A stretch of 63,746 nt of DNA, filler included, from Chiloscyllium plagiosum (Eukaryota), in NCBI RefSeq assembly GCF_004010195.1. It is 3 parts of one record of this genome, joined end to end, with 100 filler letters (N's around TTAATTAATTAA, not from the genome) between each part and the next. Parts side by side here need not be neighbours in the genome. Positions count along the whole stretch, not along the records: positions 30,731 to 42,509 come from NC_057717.1; positions 42,610 to 63,746 come from NC_057717.1; 1 more part is not named here. One strand, given 5' to 3'. The notes below the pieces were generated by a model. The model did no database searches. It saw only the letters and a program-made list of their open reading frames with translations, and had not been told where the DNA came from. Numbering within the stretch: position 1 is the stretch's first letter; each line of letters opens with the position of its first letter. Positions 39,936 through 51,516 of the stretch are shown piece after piece. Position numbers and translations under genes: made by a program.

Positions 39936-40734
39936 TGTGACATTGCTCCTTCACTCAGCTTCTTCACCTAACGGTCGATCTGAGATAGTCACGTCCCTGG
40001 CCATTTACACAATGTGTTATTCAAAGAAACAGTGACACAAACACTTGAAGAGGAGTTCGGAGAATATCATTTTGACAAAGACTGAAGTCTCCCAAAATGA
40101 TCATATTGCCTTTGCATTATACAGGAATTCATTGGAAAGTGTAACAGTGTTGAGCAATGAAATGCTGTCAGGCAGCCGAAAAACTGTTCTCCTGCTTGTG
40201 TTTTTGACACGTGTTACTCATAATCTGCAGTCAGGCTGAATCAGCTGCATCATCTGATGCCAAATGCTTTCTCTGTAATGTCTTTGTTACCCATTACTGT
40301 CAGGGTTACCCATCCTGCACTCCCTGAGACCACTCAAGGATGGGTACTTTTGAATATTTATGTTCCACCTTTTGCTTCTCCTTTAACCACATCTTCCTGG
40401 TGACTAAATCTTATTTATCTCTGTGTCACAAGTCTATTACCTTATTGCAGATACTTTGTTCATTCCTAAAAAGAACATTGTAATTGACTTTTTCCCAGAA
40501 TGTCCTATCACAGCCTAATTCACTGATGTAAAGTTTTAGTTAAACTCTGTCTCATCCTGTTCCTTTCTGCTTTTCTTCAGCAACATTCCATGCTTTTCCA
40601 ATGTGTCCCCTTTTCTCTTTGGATTTGGAAAGCTCCTTTCACCTGAACCCTGTCCCTGCATCTTCTCTGTCAATTAAAGCACTGTCCATAAACCCATCGA
40701 CATAATTTGCCAGGACACTGGTCCCAACTATGTT

Positions 40735-41013
40735 GTTTTTAATTCACTCCATGGGATGTTGTTGTTTCCGGCTGGCCAGCATTTCATGCCCACCCTCGAG
40801 CTGCCATTGAGCCGAGTGCCTGGTGAGACTATTAGAGAAGGCATTTTAGAGTTAACCCCATTGCTCTGGGTCTGAAGTCATATGTAGGTCAGACCAGCTG
40901 CCTATCGCAGATTTCGTTCCTGAAAGGATATTGAGAATTCAGATGGGTATCCCTGCCACTGTCATTAAATTCTGGATGCACAGTCTAGTGAGAGTAATAC
41001 GAGGCCATCGCCT
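40735..41013 (-). mobile_element. Deu-domain SINE (SacSINE1-like), decayed
   Basis: AGAGTTAACCCCATTGCTCTGGGTCTGAAGTCATATGTAGGTCAGACCAG..GCAGATTTCGTTCCTGAAAGGATATT..CAGATGGG resembles the Deu central domain (recognised from memory, not aligned). Confidence 0.65.
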
Positions 41014-42369
41014 GCCTCACTGATAGTGCCCTCATCCCTGGGCACTGATCCCTGGGCACTAACCCTTCTTCTTGACCGTGGTTTGATCCTGATACCTTCC
41101 TGCAATTTGATGCTATCACTCAGTCTCACTCCATGTGGTATCTGTCACTGTGAGAGTCCAATTGCTGCCAGTGACTGCAGCTTTTGTAGTTACTCCAGAT
41201 CCTGAGCCAACAGAACTCTCCACTCCAGGGAGACGCAGCAGCACAGACCAGGGATGGAGACTGTTATATTCCAGATCTCTGTGGTATTCAGCGCCATTCT
41301 CCCCGTGCAACCCTCACTGTATCAGTCTCATTTCCCATTCTGTCTATTCCTCTGTCTCCTGCAGGTACTTAGGATGTTCCTGACTCAATAAACCTCTCAA
41401 TTGCTGGGTGTTTCATTCATCAACTCATTGAACGCAATTGGTCAGCCAGAGGGCAGGGAGATCTGGTTTCTTCAATAAATCCTGCAGCGAGGTAAGATCA
41501 CTCAGTGAACAGAGCAGAGGGAATTTAAGGGCTCGAAGTTTAGTCCGGAAGACATGACACAGATATAGTGTTGAAGGGTGAATACAGAGCATGATGGGCA
41601 CAGACTCAATCCATACTCTCTTGTTTACTTTCATCACTGCTGTACTGAGCCTTCCTATCTCAATATAGGAAGTTGACAGTTATCAAACCAGGCCTGTGCT
41701 GTCTTAGTGAGGATCAGGGCAACAGGGGGGAAAGCAGGCCTCCATTAAGAAGGTGGTATTAATACCTGTGGTCTTTCATTTCTATATTCCCCCTCTCAAA
41801 CTGTCTCTTGTCGTGTGATAGAGTCATACAGCAAGGAGACATACCTTTCGGTACAACGCATCTGTGCCAGTGTCTTGAATGCTTGTAATTCCCAGAAAAG
41901 TTCCAATTTCTATGACCTCCACCCCTCCCATAATCCTGCTGTTTACTTGAAACCTACTCCAATGCTGACGACCCTCCCTATGTGTAATTTGTTCTAAACT
42001 CGGTAACGTGCCCAATCTCAGTAACCTCATCCTGCACTGAGTACAATAATCTCTATTTCTGTAGTTTACCACAATAATTACTGTCCACCCTGTCTCTGTA
42101 AAATCCTCCAGCCTGGACCAAAATACCAACCTGTGTACTTTCCCCAAGCCCCAAGAGAACATGATATCACTGGAACCTTCTGCAGGCCAGATCACATTCC
42201 TGCCTCCTGGCCTATCGCACCACATGACCTCTGTAACCATCTCCCATCCCGACCGAACTCCTTATCTGTGTAAACACCTCTCGACCCTTTTCCAGCTACA
42301 ACAACACTTCCCATCTCTGTGTGCTCCTCCCTGCCCCTCAAATACTCTCTCTTTGTGTAGCTCTGCAGT

Positions 42370-42509
42370 TTGGGGTGGTTCAGTGGTGAGCACTGCTGCC
42401 TCACAGCGCCAGAGACGCAGGTTCAATTCCAGCCTCGGGTGACTGTCTGTATGGAGTTGGCACATTGTCTCCGTGTCTTCATGGGTTTCCTCCCACAGTC
42501 CAAAGATGT
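42370..42509 (+). mobile_element. HE1-type V-SINE 5' half, cut by the join
   Basis: GGTGGTTCAGTGGTGAGCACTGCTGCCTCACAGCGCCAGAGAC.CAGGTTCAATTCC. Confidence 0.85.
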
Positions 42510-42609
42510 NNNNNNNNNNNNNNNNNNNNNNNNNNNNNNNNNNNNNNNNNNNNTTAATTAATTAANNNNNNNNNNNNNNNNNNNNNNNNNNNNNNNNNNN
42601 NNNNNNNNN
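42510..42609. other. Artificial 100-nt join: N44-TTAATTAATTAA-N44
   Basis: Same spacer as 30631-30730. Confidence 0.95.
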
Positions 42610-45310
42610 ATCCTTATTCCTCCTTACTCGACTTGACATCGAGAAATAAAACATCTATCCCTAACCTCAACACCCATCACGTCCCTTTCCTCGGTAAATA
42701 CTGATGCAAAGTACCCATTAAGAATCTCAACCATTTTCTGAGACTACACGCATAACTCTACTCCTGTGTCATTGAGAATTTTAACCCTGTCTCTCGTTGC
42801 CCTTTTGCCCCTTATGTATGAATAAAGGGCTTTGGCATTTATATTAAACCTGCTACTAAATATAATTCATGACCCATTTTAGCTCTTTTAATTCCTCGTT
42901 TGAGATTGGTCTCACATTCCCGATATTCTTCCAAAGTTTCCTCTGTCTTTAATCACCAATATCTTATGCATGCGTCCTTTTTCGCCTTTGCTGGTCTCAC
43001 AACTTCAAGTGTCCTTCAAGATTTCCTAATGTTGCCATTTCTATCCCTCATTTTCACAGGAACATGTCTCTCCTGAACTTGAGTCAACCTCTCTTTAAAG
43101 CCTCCCTTATACCGAATGTGTATTTACCTTCAAACCGCTGCTCCCAATCTACATTCCCCATCTCCTATCGGATTTTGGTATCGCTCACCTTCACCAAATT
43201 TAGCAGTCTTTCTTTCAGACAACTCTCATCTTTGTTCATGAATTTTCTAAATTTTACGGAGTTGTGATCACTATTTGCAAAGTAATCCTCTACTAAAACT
43301 TCAGCTAAATGACTGGGATCATTCGACAGCACCAGATCCAGTATGGCCGCTCCCCAATTTGGACGATTTACATACTGGTCTATCCAACATGCCTGGATGC
43401 TTCTTTCAGATTCCGCGCCAACTAGACCTCTAACACATAATGATTGCCTGCAAATGTGGGAAAAATTAAAATCTCCTATCACTACCTCCCTGTTGCTCAG
43501 ACATCTTTCCACAACATGTTTACATATTTTATGTCTATCTCACGCTGCCTGGTGGGAGGCCTGCAGAACAGCCTCGACATTGTTACGACACCCTTCGTAT
43601 TTGTGAGCTCTGCCGACATTGCCTCAATGCTTGAGTCTTCAGTGGTACCATTATACAACACAGCTGTGATGTCCTCTTTGACAACCAATGCAAATCCTCC
43701 ACCCGTTTTACCTTCGTCTTTATCCTGCCTGAGGATATTTAGTTGCCAATCATGCCCTTCCCTGACCAAGTATCAGTAATAAAGATAACATTATAGCCTC
43801 AGGTATTGACCTAATTCCAACGTTAATCTGCCTTACCTGCTGCACTTCTTGCATTAAAAAATGCATCTCAGACCATCATTAATTTCATCATCTGCTCCAT
43901 GCCTACCATTACTCATAATCACACTTACTTCATTATTTAGTTCGTAACAGGCTTTAATTGGTACCACCTCAGAGTCGACTTACGTCCTCATTTGTTTCTC
44001 ACCCCCAGCCACATTAGTTTGACCATCCCAAACAGCGTTAGAAAAAGCAGTCCCTAAGATATTGGTTCCACATGTCTGGACCAACGAATTTGGCATCGTC
44101 TCTCCTCCCACAGAACCAACCTCCATGTCCCAATAATATTAAGCTCTCCCTCTTCCTTCATCACTCAAGCCACACATTCATGCTGCTTATCTTTCATGTC
44201 TATTCTGACCAGCGCGTGGCATTGCGAGCAAATCTGGGATAACCACATCTGATGTCTTACTTTCTAACTTGGGTCCTAACTCCCTCAGTCCTGCTTGTGG
44301 GACATCTTCATTGTATTCCCACATATCATTGAGGCGTATAAGCACCACGACAACTGGCTGTTCAGCCGCCCACTTGAAAATGTTCTGCAGCCGATCTGAG
44401 ACATCCCTGACCTGGGGAGGCAACATACCTTTCGGGAGTCCCGTTTCGACCATGGAACCACCTATGTATTCCTGTACAATTGAATCCTCTATGACTAGAG
44501 ACAGTCAACACTATTTCCCACCTTTCTTAACAGCACAACCAGCCACGGTACCATGAAACTGGCGACTGCTACCTTCTCCTGGTGAGCCAAGTCCCCCAAC
44601 AGTATCAAAAATATTAAGCATGTTTTGGTGGCAGATAACAGCAGGGGACACCTGCACTGACTTCCTGACCTTTCTCTGCATTCTGCTCACCTATTCTGTT
44701 TCTAACTCAGAAATCCCAATCTGTGGCATGACCAATTCAGTCAATGTGCTATTCACGGCCCCTCAGGATTGTGCGTGTTCCAAAATGAATTCATCTGAAT
44801 CTCCAGAACGGTAATGCGGTCTAACAAGAGCTGTAGCTGGACAGAAGTACTGCACCTGAAAGTTTCAGGGACATCAGCTCTGTCTCTGTGCTCCCATGTT
44901 GACCAAAAGGATCAGAATCCGCATCTGAGATCTCATGCCATTTTAATGTCATGCTTAACTTCTTAACTTAGTGCTCCCATGTTGACCAAAAGGATCAGAA
45001 TCCGCATCTGAGATCTCATGCCATTTTAATGTCATGCTTAACTTACTCTTAACTTAGTTAAACGAGAAAGGAAGGAAAACAAAAGTTTATTTTTTTAACC
45101 AATTACACGATAAGAAAAAGAAATAGACAATCCTTACTTGATCAACACACCACTTTTCTTTTTTGTTGTTTACAGCAGTATGGCATGTGGGAAACAATAT
45201 GTGTGCAGTGTCTTGGATTAAGCCTCGGCCCAAATGCATCAGTTTACGCAACGTACTAGCAAGCAATTCGATCCCTCCCAGTGAGCTCCTCATCCTCAAT
45301 ACTGCTGCAG
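42610..45310 (-). mobile_element. CR1 LINE 5' portion: 5'UTR, ORF1 (SGNH esterase-like) and ORF2 endonuclease, decayed
   Basis: ORF1 'QVRDVSDRLQNIF..EQPVVVVLI.LND...LRELG.KL.SKTS.VVI..LL.MPRA' (44187-44453); ORF2 'GGGFALVVKE', 'VVIGDFNF', 'ILDLVLSN', 'SDHNSVKF'. An 83-bp tandem duplication (44888/44971) spans the probable ORF1 start. Confidence 0.88.
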
Positions 45311-46109
45311 TGATCACGTTCGAGGTAAGGCCTTCTTCGGAGGAAAATTTACCTTGCAGACTAACCTTACCCTAGTCCTCACTCCATCTTTCTCGCTCCT
45401 CTGAAAATGGAGGCCCAATGCTTGAGATAAATCCATTTTAAGTAGCCAACTTTCTGTCCCGGCTGCACTCTGGTCCTCTGGTTCTCTCGCTCTTCCAGAA
45501 ATGGGAGGCTTGAATTTCGGGCATTTTATTTTTCAAGTGGGATACATTTCTTCCCCGCAGCCCCCTGTCCCTTTCTCTCTCTCGCTGGTTATCAATGTGG
45601 AAGACTGCCGCTCGAGCTCAGCCACTATTAAATCAGAAATCTAAGTTAACAGCAACCCCAGTCCTCTCTCCCTCTTTTTCCTCTTGAATTTGGGGGTTAG
45701 ACACTCGCGGTATGTTCCTGTTACGTGAGAAACTCAAGCTCCCAGCAATCCCCTCATCATCTCTCTCTTGAACCTGAAGAAAACCGAGCCTTAATGCTCA
45801 ATGTAAATGCCTTTTAAGTGGGAAAGTTAGTTTTCCAGCAGTCCCCGGTCTCCTCTGCATCCCTCGTTCCTCCCGAAAATGGAGGCTGGATGCTCGACTG
45901 AAACGTCTTTTAAGTGGGAAATTTAACTTTCCGGCAGCACGCCAGTCCTCTCTCTCTCTTTCTCTCTCTCTCTGTTTCCCTCTGTCGCTCTTTCTGAAAA
46001 TTGAGTCCTGACTCTCAAGCTAAGTCCATTTTTAGAGCAAAATTTTCCTCCCCGGGAACCCCCTTGTCCACTGCATCTCTCGCTCATCCCGAAATGGTGG
46101 GCTGATGCC

Positions 46110-46342
46110 GGTTCTGTTCGCTGAGCTGGAAGTTTTTGTTGCAAACGTTTCGTCCCCTGGCTAGGTGACATCATCAGTGCTTGGGAGCCTCCTGCGAAGC
46201 GGCAGGGACAGACCACTATAAACACCGGAGGAAACATCAAAGAAGCGCTTCGCAGGAGGCTCCCAAGCACTGATGATGTCGCCTAGCCAGGGGACGAAAC
46301 GTTTGCAACAAAAACTTTCAGCTCGGCGAACAGAACCACAAC
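46110..46342. mobile_element. Penelope terminal-repeat-derived inverted-repeat element with two hammerhead motifs, inserted in the satellite
   Basis: Arms 46110-46201 and 46246-46337 are near-perfect reverse complements; the spacer has TATAAA; homologous to 7070-7200. Confidence 0.88.
46267..46306 (+). ncRNA. Minimal type I hammerhead ribozyme motif (mirror copy on the minus strand at 46141-46180)
   Basis: GCA-CTGATGA-T-GTCGCCT-AGCC-AGGGGAC-GAAA-CGTT-TGC: stem I GCA/TGC, stem II with one mismatch, ACGT palindrome, GUU cleavage triplet. Confidence 0.8.
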
Positions 46343-49300
46343 AAGTTAATTTGCAATGGGAAACATATCTTTCTGGCAGCCCCCTGGGTCTCTCTCTCTC
46401 TCTTTTTCTCTCTCTGAGTTCTGATGCTCAAGGTAAATACGTTTTAAGTGGGAAAAATGCCTGCCAGACAGTCCCCTGTCCAATCAGTCACTCATTTCTC
46501 GTTAACGGCAACATGATGTTCTAGATAAGTCCTTTAAAGTGGTTAACTTAGCTATGCTGTGGACAGTTAGCCCTCTCTTGCACGCTGCTTCGAAAATGAA
46601 GGTCTTACGCTCGAGGTAAACAACTTTTAAATGGCAAGGTTTCCTTCCCCGCAGCATCCTGGTCCTCACTGTCTCTTGCTCCTCCATAAAACAGAACCAT
46701 GACGCTCGAGGTAAATCCCTTTTCAGTGGGAAATGTACCTTCCTAGCATCCAACTTGTCTTCTCTTGCTCGCGCTCCTGTGAAAATAGATGCCTGACCAT
46801 CGATGTATGGTACTTTTAGCTGGGAAATTTATTTTCCTGGCAGCCCAATGATCCTCTCACTCTCTCTCACTCCTCCTGAAAAAGTAGGCTTTAAGCTCGA
46901 TTTAAGTCTATATTAACGGCAATTTAAAATTGGTGTTAGCCAACTGACCCCCTCTCTGTCTGTTTCCTCTAAACTGAAGGGCTGACACTCCAGCTAAGTA
47001 CCTTTTAAGTGAGAAATATCGCCTCCCATCAGCCCGCTGCTCCTCTGTTTCTGGCTCCTCCCAGAAATGTAGGTATCATATTCGCGGTAAATGCGTTTTA
47101 AGTGGGAAATATACGTTTTTGGAAGTCGACCGATACTCTCTGTCTTGCTTCTCCCAAAAAATACAGTCCTGACTAAAGAAGTAAGTGCCCATTAAGTGGG
47201 AAATGTCCCTTGTCAGTAGATCCGGGTCCTCTCCCTTTTACTCAGTCCTCCTGACAATGGAGTTCTGACTCTCCTGTTAATCCGGTTTAAGTGGGAGACG
47301 TAACTTCCCAGAAGTCTCCTGGTCCTCTCTCTGTTTTTCTCGTCCAGACAATAAAGACCTGGCGCACGAGGTGAATCCTTTTTAAATGGGACATGGACTT
47401 ACAACTCTCTATCTATCCCGTCCCAAAAATCCAGGCCTGACCTTCGAGCAATGTCCGTTTTTAGGGTGTAATGTCTCTCCTTGCAAGTCTTTAGTCCTGT
47501 GTCTGACTTACTTCTCTGGAAAGTGGAGACATGATGTTCGGGTAACTCATTGTTTAGTGGTAAATTTACCTTACCGGCAGTCCCCGGCCCTATTTCGCTC
47601 TCTCTCTCTCTTTCTCTCTCTCTCCGTTATTGCGAAAATGGAACCATGACATTTGATGTTAGTCCCTGAAAATACCTGTCTTCCCTGTAATCTCCTGGTC
47701 TTCTCTCTTTCTATCACTCCTCCAAAAAGTGGTCGCCTGACCTTTCTCTGGTAACTCTCTGGCACACTCCCCGCGACCATTGAGGCCTGACACTCCAGCT
47801 AGGTCCCTTCTAAGCGGGGAATATACCTTCATATCTGATTCCGACCCTCACTCTCTCACTCCCCCCGAAAATAAAAGCTTTACACTTGAGGTGAATCCGT
47901 TTTCAGTGAGAAATATACTTTCCTGGTAGCCAACTGATACTCTGTCTCTCTCACTTCTACCAAAACCGTCGGCCTGACCAAAGGTGTAATTCCCTATTAA
48001 ATGGGAAATTTACCATTTGAGCAGCCTTCTGTTTCTCTCTGCCTCTCGCTTCTCTCGAAATTGGAGACCTAATGGTTGTTGTAAGTCACCTTTAAGAGGT
48101 AAGATTACGTTTTCAATAGACCAATTGTCCTCCTTCTCTCGCTCGCTCCTTCAGCAAATGGAGGCCAGACGCAGAAGGTAAGCCACTTCGAAGTTGGAAA
48201 TTAACATTCCCGGCAGCCACATTATTCTCTCGATGTCTCTTTCTCTCTCTCTCTCCGTCGATCGTTCCCCCCGAAAATGAAGGCATGCTGGTTGAGGAAA
48301 GTCTCTTTTAAGTGTGAACTCTACCTTCCCGAAAGCTTGTACTTCTCTCACTCGCCCCGAAAATGGAAGTCTGACGCTCTAGTTACGTCCCTTTTAAGTG
48401 GTTAGCAGCTTTCCAGCAGACCCCAGTCCTGTTTCTTTCTCACTCCTCCCGAGGTAGAGGCCTCATGGTCGAGCTAAACACTTTTCATTGGGTACTCGCT
48501 GTTACGTGGGACATTTGCTTTCCTGCCAGTCCGCTTTCTAGCTCAATTCTCACTCATTCCGAAAAACGAAAGCATGACGCTCAAGGCAAACTTTTTTCAG
48601 TGGAAAATGTCATTTCCTGGCAGACAACTGGTCCCTCTCCATTTTTGTCCCAACTCCCGACAATGTGGTCCTGACACTCCTTTTAATCTGTTTTAAGTAG
48701 TAAATGAACCATTCCGGCAGTACCCGGTCCTCTCTCTGTTTTGCTCATCTCGAAAATGAAGGCCTGATGCTCACGGTAAGTCTCTCTTAAGCGGGAAATG
48801 TATCTTCCCAGCAGCCCTGTGGCCCCCCTCTCTCTTCAGTGCTCCGTAAATTGGAGGCTTGAATATCGACAGAAGTCTCTTTTAAGTAGGAATTGGAATT
48901 TCACGTTGCCCATAGTCCTTGGTCCTCTCTCTCACGCACTCCTCCAGAAAATGGAGGCCTGACGCTCGAGTTAATTCGCTTTAAGATGGTAATTTACCTT
49001 CACAGCAGACCCCTGCACCCCCTCACTGTCTCACTCCATCTGAAATTGGAGGATGGACTCTTAAGTTAAGCCCTTTTTATTGGGAAATTTACATTCTAGG
49101 AAGCCTCCTTGCCCTCTCTCCCTTTCGCTACGACTGGAAATGGAGGCCTGACGCTTCGGGTAAATTTCTGTTAAGTGCGAAATGTGCGTGTCCAGCAACT
49201 CACTTGTAGCCCCTCTCTCTGTCTCTTGTTCCTCCAGAAAATTGAGGTCACATGCTCGATGTAAATCCGTTTTAAGTGGGAAACATACTTTCCCAGTAGA

Positions 49301-51474
49301 CCACAAGTAGACACACTCTCTCTGCCGCTTCTAACAAAAATGGAGGCCTGACCCGAAATGTAAGTTTCTACTGAGTCTCCTCTCTCTCCCGCTTCCCCTG
49401 GAATCAGAGGCCGGATGCACGAGTTAAGTGAATTTTAAGTGAGATGTTTACCTTCCCGGCAGCCCCTGGTCCTCTCTTTTTCTCTCTCTCTCTCTTTCAA
49501 AAAATGGAGTCCTGATGACCGATGTAAATCTCTTTTTAGTGGAAATTTACTTTCCCAGCAGTCCCTTTACTTGTCTACCTCTTGCTCCTTCGGAGAATGG
49601 ACGCCTGACGCTTGAGGTAAATCCCATTTTTGTGGGAAATGTATTTTCTGGGAAGATACATTGACCTGTCTTTCTATTGTTCTCCCGAAAATGTAGGCCT
49701 GATGCTCAAAATAAGTCACTCTTAAGTGGTAACTGTACATTCTCGGCAGCCCCCTGGTTGTCTCTTCCTCTCTCTCGCTTCTGCCAAAAATGCAGTTGCG
49801 ACACTGCAGGTAAATTGGTTTTCCGTGGGAGACTTACTTTCCCTTCACCCACGATCCTTTCTCTCCCTCCTCCCCAAATTGGAAACCTGGCGCTGGATGT
49901 AAGTCATTTTCAAGAGGATAACCTACCTTTCCTGTAGTCCTCTGGTCCTCTCTCTATCTCGTTCCTCCCGAAAATGACGGCTTGACTCTTCTGCTATGAT
50001 CCTTTAAAGCAGGAAATTTACCTTTCCAGCAGAACCCCCGTCCTTACAGTCCCACGCTCCTACAAAAACGGAGGTCTCATGCTCCAGGTAAAGTCCTTTT
50101 AAGTGGGAAATTTACTTTACATTCTCTGTTTCAGTCTTCCTTAAAATGGAAACCTGATGGACGAGGTAACTGCATTTGAAACGGGAAACTTACGTTTTTG
50201 GGAGGTGCATGTATCCCCTCGCTCGCCCACTCGTTCTAGAGAAACCAAAGCCTGACGCTCGAGGAAAGCCATTTTAAAGTGGTAATTAACCTTCACGGTT
50301 GACCCCTTGCCCCCTGTCTCTGTCGCTCCTCTTGAAATTAGGGCCTGATGCAGCATTTAAGTGCCCTTTTAATAACATGTTGACCTTTGCAGCAGCCGCC
50401 GGTCCTCACTCTCTCACTCTCTAGCTCGTCCGAGATTGGAAGTTTGATGCTCGAGGTAAATCATTTTCAGTGAGAAACGTGACTGCCCTGCTGCCCCGGT
50501 CCACTCTCTCTTTTGTGCACCTCCAGAAAATGGAGGCCTGATGTCGAGGGCGATCCCTTCTGTGTGGGAAATTAATCTATCCGGCAGCAACCCCCTTGTC
50601 ATCTCTCTCTTCCTCCCTCTCTCTCGATCCTCCCAATAATAAAAGGCCTGATTCTCGAGGCAGAACCCTTTTGAGTGGGAAATCTACCTTCCCAGCAGTC
50701 CGCTGATCCTCTGTCTCTGTAACTTGCTGCGACTGTCAATGGAAACCTGAAGTTCTAGGTAAGTCACTTCTAAGTGGGACATCTACCTAACCGGTTGCCT
50801 CCTTGTCCTCTGACACTGTCGCTCCTCCTGACATCGTAGGCCAGAAGCGTGAGTTAAGTGCATTTTAAGTGAGTCGTTTTCCCTCCCGGCAGCCCCTGGT
50901 CCACACTATCTCTCTCTCGGTCCTTCTCAAATTGGAGGACTGACGTATGAAGTAAGTGACTTTTTAGTGGGAAGTTTATATTCCCTGCAGACACCTGGTC
51001 TTCTGTCTCTCCCGCTTGTCCTCCTGTGTATAGAGGTCTGATGTGTGAGTTGACTTCGTTTTATGTGGGAAACGTGACTGCCAACAGCCCCTGGTCTACT
51101 ATCTCTCTCATACTCCGAACGAAAATGGAGGCCTTTGTCGTCAATGTGACCGACTTTTACGGAGGAAGTTTACATTTCTGGCAGTTCCCTAGCCTCTCTC
51201 TCTCACTCTTCTAGAAAATTGACGCCTGCCGCTCAAGGTAACTGTCTTTTCAGTGGAAAATGTACCCTCCCAGTAGCCCCTTTTCTTTGTTTTCTCGCGC
51301 TCCTTCCGGAAATGGAGGCCTGACACTTAAGGGTAGTCCCTCATAAGTAGGAAATTTATCTTTCCAGCAGACCTGTGGTCCTCTCTGTCTCTCTCACCTC
51401 TTCTGGAAATCGAGTCCTGATGCTCCAGCTGAATCCCTTTTAAGTGGGCTGCAGACCTTCCCTGCTGCCTCCTG

Positions 51475-51516
<42 letters not shown>

